Assembly (NCBI RefSeq): GCF_009914755.1
Contig: NC_060925.1
Reading direction: 5' to 3' (one strand)
Length of the DNA: 64,000 bases
Source of the DNA: the human T2T-CHM13v2.0 reference genome, Homo sapiens
How positions within the stretch are numbered: position 1 is the stretch's first letter; every line of letters begins with the position of its first letter. Positions 54,631 through 64,000 of the stretch are shown here, piece by piece. The notes under the pieces were generated by a model. The model worked only from the letters and a program-made list of their open reading frames with translations. It was not told the origin of the DNA and did not search any database. The position numbers were made by a program, and so were the translations under genes.

Positions 54631-57600
54631 TGAAGTACCTCTCTATCCTCATTTTGTTTTCTGTTCAAAATCAAATTTATAGTACCCTGGATCCCACTCA
54701 CAGACATAAGTATTTAAATGTTTCATGACTTCATTTTATTTTGTAGCTAAGAAAAGAAAAGAGATTTATGGGACATCAAAGCGCTGATCCTAACCTGTTA
54801 CTAACAAAGTGAGGCTTAAAATTCTTAGGTCTTCTCACAGTCAGTGAGCAGACCACAGGTGTAAATTAGCATATCCTTAAAGAAAGATGCTTCCTATGCT
54901 GGGGGTCACATTTATAATGTTGATTTAAATTAACATTTTCACCCAATTCTGCTTCTCAGGTCTTGATTTAATATCCTTAAGGCCTGATGCCTATGGACCA
55001 GCACGTGTTAATTTCTACGGCTCTTAAAATGGCATGCCTGTCTGCTCTTAGCCACTCGGGTGATAGGTGCTAATTCAGAGCTTGCTGAATTTCCTTCTGA
55101 AAGTGGTATCTGTGCAGGCCACTATGAGTTTCCAGTACCAAAGTTCGAAAGGCAGATTGCAAACTTTTGAAAGAGTTGACTATGGATCAGACAAATATAA
55201 AATTCATTCTAAGAGGACTCTCCTTCTTAGCTTTTTCTGTGTGAGAGGAGAGCACAGAGCACATGTCAGAAGAAAAGAAGCATCAGGACATGAAAAAATC
55301 AAGAGGGTATTTCACAGCTTGTAGGATTTTTCTGATTTCTTTGGAAACTATGTAAATGAATTCCTTAAACACAGACTGCCATTGATTTTTTTCTGGTGTT
55401 CATTGATTCCCTCATCATTGCTTCATGTATGTGTTCTCCCAAAACATCTAGTATTGATATTTCTCTCCTTCATACTCTGTCCCCAATCCATTATAAGTAT
55501 ATCATTCAAACCTGTTTAATTTCCTATGAAAGATGATATTAAGTGCACTGTTAGTTTAATTACGTCGATAGTGAAAGATAAACATGTATTAGGCAGTGCA
55601 AAATGCTGATTATCTGTCAGGGTAAATCTGTTTATTTCAGATATAGCAATCTGACAACCCCCTGGTGTTAATCATGAAAGTACATGCTTGTGCCAGGTAC
55701 TGTTTGGTGCGGTTCTGACAGTGAAATGCACTCAATGGCTTACTGCTGTGACGTAATCTTCATCATATATAAACCCATATACATGTGTATCTATGTCATA
55801 AAGTGCAGACTGTGGATTATGTGTTTTAAGCATGTGTGATGTACTTATATTTCGGTATTTTTGTGTGTGTATGGAAGACAAAGTATAATTTGAGAAGCAA
55901 CAATGTCCAGTTTGCATTAACAGCACTGTGTAAAATGGAATGGCTTGAGAAAGGAGAGAGTGGATTATAGGATTAGGCCGCATTTTAGTTTGTACCCAGA
56001 GCAGGGTTTGCCCTCAGTAATATCAGCTCAGAACCATTTGTATTAATCCACAGAAAAAAAGAAAGAGCCAGTAGAAAAAAGGAGAATCAGGAGGTAGGTC
56101 TGGAACAGGATATTCATCCAATTCTCAACACAAACATGCTTCCTTTATTCTTTAACTTTTTTCCTTGAGATAGTAGTTTCTAATTATATCCTAGAAACAC
56201 TACTGACTGCCAGATGCTATTGGACATAAAGTTCCTCTTTAATGAGATAAAATAGTGTCAGGAAGTCAACATGTTACACATGCTGTGGCAGAATTTCACC
56301 AGGCTTTTGTGCAGCAGAAAATGAATAGAAATGACAATGAATTGAATATTCAGGCACAGTTTGCCAACTCCTCTGAAAAATAATCTTGTCTGACTTTATA
56401 ACATTGTGATCATTTCCTGAATGCCATAAAATGCTGAGTAAAATAATAAAAATTGATACATATATTGACATTTCAGTTTTCTAAATAGAAGCTGAGAAAA
56501 TATAAACAGCATTTGGTCTTTGCAACTCTTCCAACCAACCATTTGTATGCTGACTAATTCACTTACACTCAGATACCTCATTCAGCCTTAATATAAATGT
56601 CTTCTGAAATAATTTCTCACCAGTAGATTATGCACATCTTTAGTTTGATTCAGAATTTACATGTGTAGTTTGCATAATTTTGCATCAGAGTGTCTGCTTT
56701 AAATTACGTAAAGGTCACTGTCATTCATAATCAAAAAAGAAGGTGCATTAAAGGTCACAATTCGATAAAAAAATTGATTAGAGGTAGAGATTTGTTCATG
56801 TGATACAATATCATTGGATAAGTGGAAATATGAGTCAACAAATTAACCTCAGTATAAGGGGTGACCTGATTCTTTGCCATAAAAAAAAAATCACATCCAG
56901 ATTGCTTTTTTCCCAATGTTTAACTTGTTTTACTCTATGTAGCAGTGACAGTTACTTCAGTTAATACCTCTTACCACTGGGGGTCTTTTATAATGTCATT
57001 TGGTTTAGAAATGACATAATGACAATTTTATCTCCAAAATAAAATAGTAAATTATAATGAATTAATAATAGACAGATATGGATTAGAAAGTCCCTCAGGG
57101 CTTATGGTTACTTCTACCATTTTTCCCCTGAGGTAGCTCCTAGTTCTTCCACTCTTTTTAAAAGATAGAGCTGTCACAGCACATTTCTTCTCTTACGTCA
57201 CTATTTTCTACCTCTCACAGACACTAAGAGCCCATGCAAACCCTTTGGAATTTTGACATCTACTCAGTATTAGAATAGATAAGTTCAAAATAAATGTAGC
57301 TAGTGATCGGCAATTAGTTTTTTTTTTGATTTGTTGAACTTTTTAAAATATGTCTGTCTGAAAGTAACTTGAATAAATGGAAAGCAATTGAAAATAAACA
57401 AATGCTAAGTTGCAGTATATATTTTGTCCATAAGTCAACTTGAATATCTGAAGGAAGATAATTGATACACATTTCACTTGGAAGTTTGGCATAAGTTCTG
57501 AGACATTGACATGAATACTTACTGTAACAGAACTCATATTTATTTCCTCATCTTATAATATTTTCCTTCTCATGTGTGCCCTTGACTTAAAGGGAAATCT

Positions 57601-58572
57601 TCCTTTCTTCCCTTAGCTGTTTGTCTACTCTATTTGTTGTATTGGCATCTTAGCATAGGATCATCTACCAAAAAAACAAAAAAAAAAAAGAAAAAAAGAA
57701 GAAAGGTAGACAAGGAGGCACCACCTTTTTAAAGTACATTGTTTATTTTTCAAAGAAAATCAAACACTTTTAAAGGAACCATAAAGGTTAAATGGTTTAA
57801 GCAGATTATAATTAGTTAATTTTGTTAAACCTATACTGGATCAATTTTACATTATTTTAATTACCTTTTGGAATAAATGGTTTGGTGAACAAATTCACTT
57901 GATGTTCAGGATCAAACAAAATTACCTTTCCTCTGGGTAGGCTTAAGTTTCACAAAATTATTTGAAAATGACCTCCTTTGCTTTCATCTAAAAATATCTT
58001 TGGATTTAGAAAATGATTAAAGTTGGATATATTGTGTTTTAGGCCAATCATATTTTATCATTTTCATAGCTTATTCTTTCTTTAAAGAGGAAAATAATGA
58101 AACTTCACTAAACAGATGTTCCCCCTTTAAGGAGACTCTTGGAATTTATACACTAACATGGTATACGCAAGGTTGATTCAACTCCTATTTCTGACAGAAG
58201 GCATGTATTATATTCTGGAAAGTTTATAAAATTTTTTGCTGACAAGATATAGAAATGAAAGCTGGATGATCATTAAATATTATAGCCAAATCAGAGACAT
58301 TCTGATTTATGTCTTTGCTGTGTATGTATGTATGTGTATGTACCTATACTCATGCCTAGAAAGAAGCAATCTCTGAATTGTAAACATCCAGATCCCAGGT
58401 AGTTAGAGGATACATTAAAAAGCATATATGACTATCTCTCATCCACCCCGATTTAGGGCATCTAGGGAGCAATGTTGGGAAAGCGCAAATGGAATTTGAC
58501 CTTTCTTTGTCAATGAAAAGTTAGGAAGTTATCCTAGTGTCCAATGCTATCTGTCTGTCTTTTTCTTTACAA

Positions 58573-58792
58573 CAGTGATTCTCAACTAGGGATGATTTTG
58601 CTTCCCTGGTGACATTTGGTAATTTTGAGAGGCATTTTTGATTTGGGTTGGGGGTGGGAGGTACTGGTACTATGGGCATCTAGTGGGGTAGAAGCTACAT
58701 ATGCTGCCAAACATTCTAGAATACATAACACAACCCCCACAACAATGACTAATTCTTCCCAAAATGTCAGTAGTACCAAGGATAAAAACCCT
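58573..58792 (+). mobile_element. MER20 hAT-family DNA transposon fossil
   Basis: 'cagtgattctcaactagggatgattttgc...ggcatctagtggggtagaagc...cccaaaatgtcagtagtaccaagg'. Confidence 0.9.
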
Positions 58793-59919
58793 TTCTTGTA
58801 GCTCAGAAGGAGGTATTTCTTCACTCTGTCTCAACTCTGTTGTATCTCTCTCCCCAACCCTCAACCCCACATAATCCCATACTGCATCTGGCTCACTGCT
58901 TTTCATCCCTCAGAACTCTCCAGGCACTCATCACTTCATTCAGGAAAGTGCCACTGACTGGTCTGATTGCGATGGCATTCCTTGGTGTTACCATCCCACT
59001 GTATCCCTCTGAGCTCTGTTGACTGACTTTTCTATATCCCATTCTAGACTATAAATGTTTTGAGAGTTGTATGTTGTATCACTAACATCTGCATAGTTTG
59101 TGGAACATAGTAACTCCTCTGTTAAGATTTGTTGTTGAATAAAGTCAAGTTTGTCTCTAGAAACAGTATAGTAAAGAGTGTTAGGGTTTATCTTAAATTA
59201 TACTTAAAATACTATCTCAGGAATTGAGGGATAAATAAGTAAATCATAGTTGCTGGACTGAAAATATAACTGTTCTTAAAATTTTTTGAAACAATCATTT
59301 GTAAGTAGGGGGTCTGTCTGCATATTTATTTATGTCTATATAGCTGAATATGTTTCAAAACATAATTATATGTCTATGAAACATGTTATTTCAAAACATA
59401 ATTATATGTTTATGAAACATGGCATGATTGTGTGTATATAGATGTGTGTGTGTACATATGCACATAGTTTCAATAGGTATACATTTTAATGATGACATTC
59501 CGTGATTGTATCATAAATGCATACACATAACCAAATAAAGCATCTTTATGTTTACATCATTAAATTTTTCAAGCTCTGACTTTATATTTAATATACCAAA
59601 TATTATATTTGCAATAAAATAGAAAACATACTCTCCACCTTTAAAGAACATAGACATTACACCTTTAATAAAATCACTGTCATTTCTGTTTCATGCTTTC
59701 CTGATTTCTGTATTTTATGTTATGAATATGGTCAATAACAGTATCAAATTATAAAAATACACCTGTACAGCTGAATAAGTAAATAGTTTAGTTTATTGAT
59801 TGATATTAGTCAGTGAAGCCAAGATTACATTTTACATCAATTGTTACACTTCTAAGAGTAATATTTATAACTCTGCATTTTGATAATATTACTCCCCTTT
59901 GTTATTCCATAAAAAGGAA

Positions 59920-60135
59920 GTGAAGTCTAAAGTCAGGCTGTGCCATTTAGAAGCTGTGAGACCTTAAACAAGTTATTTAATTCCCTAAGCCTCATGTTTA
60001 TCTGTAAAATGGGGGCAATACTGACATCTACTAATAGCAATCTTACATGGTTGTATCATAGACAAATGAAATGATATTTTAAAAGAATTCAGCCTATAGG
60101 CACATAAAGTAGTTGAATAAATGGTGACTATTACT
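59920..60135 (+). mobile_element. MIR SINE
   Basis: 'gctgtgagaccttaaacaagttatttaa...atctgtaaaatggggg...ggcacataaagtagttgaataaatg'. Confidence 0.85.
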
Positions 60136-60344
60136 AATACACTACTAGTTGCAAAAGTAACCATGATAGTAATAATAGCAGTGATGGGACGGCATGAATC
60201 CAGGGTTTCTTTAGTAATCTGGAAAATATACCTAATAATATTTCTATAACTTAAAATTAAATTTATTTTGGAAAAATGTTTTATAAAAAGAGATCCTGTT
60301 TTATGTTTTTTTCTTACTGGAGTCATAAAATTCAGCATTGCTGA

Positions 60345-60810
<466 letters not shown>

Positions 60811-61317
60811 TGATGCTCACTTGTTTGTTTGAAAGAATTTTAAAGCAAATTCCAGATTTATACTTCTTTAATATATCCAACAACATTTTTCCTACTATTC
60901 CATGTCCTGCTGTGGCACAACAAAGCAACATAATCTTAAATACAAACCGAGATTTTTTTTCAACAGGGTGCATCATAGATAAGAAAGGCTGTGAAATATG
61001 CAGATTTCTCATCAAACTAAGAGAATTCCCTACCTTTCTCTCCCAGTGATCCCAATAGGCCAATGGGTCAAACCTGTCTTTGAGAACAGCATTTCTACAA
61101 AGCTGCTCAGAGAGGCGGGGCTCAACAAATGTTTTCTGAATGGAACTGGAATTATGAATGTTTCTAGTGAATGGTTCTATAAAGGCTAAAATAATTGTAA
61201 GTCAAATTATCATGAGTTTGTATTGCATTCATTAATTTCACTTCTTAGAACAAGGCAATAATCGTAGAGGAAAATAAGACCCATGGACCATATTGTCTTC
61301 TAAGCCCTCTAGGTCAG

Positions 61318-63481
61318 TCATCTGAGCTTTCTGCAGTCATAATCTTTTTGCTGGTGCAGGGTCTTGCCTCGATGTTGGTGGCTGCTGACTTATCAGGATG
61401 GTAGTTGCTGAAGGTTGCAGTGGCTGTTGCAATTTCTTAAAATAAGACAACAATGAAGTTTGTTGCATTGATTGACTTTTCCTTTCATGCAAGATTTCTA
61501 TCACACAATGTTGTGTGATAGCATTTTACCTGTAGAATTTCTTTCAAAATTGGAGTCAATCCTCTCAAACCCTGCTGCTGCTTTATCAAGTAAGCTTACA
61601 TAATATTCCAAATCCTTTGTTGTCATTTCAACAATGTCCACAGCATCTTCACCAAGAATAGTTTCCATCTCAAGAAACCAATTTCTTTGCTCATCCATAA
61701 GAAGTAACTTCTCATCCATTCAAGTTTTGTCATGAGTCTGTAGCAATTCAGTGACATCTTCAGGCTCCAGTTAGTTCAATTTGATAGTTCCACCACATCT
61801 AAAGTTACTTTCTCCACTGAAGTCTTGAACCCCTCAAAGTCATCTATGACAGTAGAAGTAAACTTCTTCCAAACTCCTGTTAATGTTGCCATTTTGACTT
61901 CTCCTGTGAATCATGAATGTCTTAATGGCATCTAGAATGGTGAATCCTTGCCAAAAGGTTTTCAAATTAATTTGCTCAGACTCCCTCAGAAGAATCTCTA
62001 TCTATGGCAGCCATAGCCTTATTAAATGTACTTCTTAGATCATAAGACTTGAAGGTCAAAATTCCTCCTTGATTTATAGGCTGAAGAATGGATGTTGTGT
62101 TAGCAGACAGAAAAACAACATTCATTTCTTTGTGCATCTTCATCAGAGCTCTCAGCTGACCAGGTACATTGTAATGATAGTAATATTTTGTAAGAAAGCT
62201 TCTTTTCTGAGCAGTGGGTCTTCATAATGGGCTTAAAATATTCAGTAAACCATGCTGTAAGCAGACATGCTGTCATCCAGGCTTTGTCATTTCATTTATA
62301 GGGCACAGACAGAGTAGATTTAGCATAATTCTCGAGTAGATTTAGCATAATTCTTAAGGGCCCTAATGTTTTCAGAGTGGTAAATGAGCATTGGCTTCAA
62401 CTTAAAGTCATCAGTTGCTTTAGCCTCTAACAAAGTCATCCTGTTCTCTGAAGCTTTGAAGCCAAGCATCGACTTCTCCTCTCTAGCTAGTTAAGTCCTA
62501 GATGGCATCTGTTTCCAATATAAGGCTGTTTTGAATACATTGAATATCTTTTTAGCATAGCCACCTTCATCAACTAACTTAGCCAGATCTTCTGGGTAAC
62601 TTACTGTAGCTTCTACATCAGCACTTGCTTCACCTTGCAGTTTTATGTTATGGAGATGGCTTCTTTCTATAAACCTCATAAGCCAACCTCTGATAGTTTC
62701 AAACTTTTCTTCTGAAGCTTTATAAAATTGAAGAGAGTTAAGGCCTTGCTATGGATTAGGTTTTAGTTTACTTAGGGCAATTTGGAGGCTGTTTTGGTCT
62801 TCTATCCCGACGACTAAAACTATATCAGCAATAAACCTATTTTGCTTTCTTACCATTCATGTGCTCACAAGAGTAGCAGTTTTAATTTCCTTCAAAAACA
62901 TTTCCTTTGCATTCCCAAGTTGGCTAACTGGTGCAAGAGGCCTATGGCTCAACATGTCTGAGCTTTTAACATGCCTTTCTCACTAAGCTTCATCATTTCT
63001 AGCTTTTGATTTAAAGTTAGAGGCAACCCTTCCTTTCACGTAGAGGCCATTGTATGGTTATTAATTGGCTTAATTTCAATATTGTTGTGACTTAGAAAAT
63101 AAGGAGGCCTGGTTGAGGGCAGAGGGAGAGAGACCAGTGGATGAGCAACTGGAGAATACCCTGTCAATAGAGCAGTCGGAACCCACACATTTATCAATTA
63201 AATTCACGGTCTTACATGGATGTGGCTCATGGTGTTCCTGAAGAACTATAATAGTCACATCAAAGATCACTGATCACAGATCACTGTCACAGATATAATA
63301 AAAATGAAAAAGCGTGAAATATTGTGAGAATTACCAAAATGTGACACAAAGATATGAAGTGATTACATGCTGTTGAAAAAAAAAAATGATGCCAATAGAC
63401 TTGCTGGACCAAAGTTTGCCACAAACCTTCAGTTTGTAAAAAAACACAGTAGCTGCAAAGCGCAATAAAATGAGGCATGTG
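61318..63481 (-). mobile_element. Tigger1 (pogo/CENP-B-like DNA transposon), near full length, 3'-truncated, transposase disabled
   Basis: 5' end TA|cacatgcctcattttattgcgc; transposase ATG at 63050; ORF fragments [16 protein letters not shown]...[12 protein letters not shown] and [11 protein letters not shown]...[12 protein letters not shown]. Confidence 0.95.
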
Positions 63482-63628
63482 TACATTATTTAGACCACCA
63501 CTCTTACTAACATTTTTAAAAGCAAATGCTAAAATTTAAAAAACAAGTTTATTTAAATACATATTCTTTATATATTTTTTGCCATACTATTTTTTTCAAT
63601 GTTCTTCCTTAAATGTACAGGACTAATT

Positions 63629-63755
63629 CATATATATATATATATATACACACACATATATATATACACACACACACGTACATATATATACATATACATA
63701 CACACATATGTACATGTATATACATATACATGTACATATATATATACGCACACAC
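63629..63755. repeat. (TA)n/(CA)n/(TACA)n microsatellite
   Basis: Directly visible. Confidence 0.95.
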
Positions 63756-64000
63756 TGTATAAACAAAAATATGTGATTCTTTGACCCTACCTGGGGGGTG
63801 AAATACAAATTTCTGCCTTTGGCCCTTGCTTTTTGTACATTGAATGTGATCAAAGTAAATATGGTTAGCCAAATTACACATGAAACAAACCTTAAAAAGA
63901 TACCATATACGATACTTAGGAATAAAGGTAACAGGACGTGATAAGTGCGTAATGATGTATATCAGTTAAAAACATGAAATATACAATTTTAAATGAGGTT

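Noticed and set aside
52710-59421. Two duplications sharing a 36-bp period, considered as CRISPR-like or one repeat system
   Set aside because: Unrelated sequences, only two units each, 6.6 kb apart, in eukaryotic DNA; coincidence.

Overview
AT-rich primate genomic DNA, most likely human or another great ape because it carries a near-consensus AluY. It is intronic or intergenic, and I could not name the locus. I found no supportable protein-coding gene, RNA gene or CRISPR array. The supplied ORFs are chance frames or come from Alu, microsatellite, L1, Tigger1 or ERV sequence. Recognisable content is mostly interspersed repeats: 11 full Alus and one monomer, many MIR and L2 fragments, L1M 3' ends, MaLR LTRs (THE1, MLT1), MER20, a MER47-like MITE and a near full-length dead Tigger1. 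The most informative structure is a decayed two-LTR ERVL (LTR16A-type) provirus on the minus strand at 18928-23105. In it I could read by hand the tRNA-Leu PBS, gag, the protease DTG motif and the RT YIDD motif. It sits inside an L2 and is itself invaded by an MLT1A LTR and two Alus. Between repeat clusters are multi-kb repeat-poor stretches with motif-dense, partly self-complementary blocks that resemble conserved enhancers or a cryptic promoter/exon (about 7-8.5 kb, 30.4 kb, 47.7-48.1 kb, 55.5-56.8 kb). I see no convincing new biological system. Repeat subfamily names come from remembered consensus sequences, and boundaries of old repeats are approximate.
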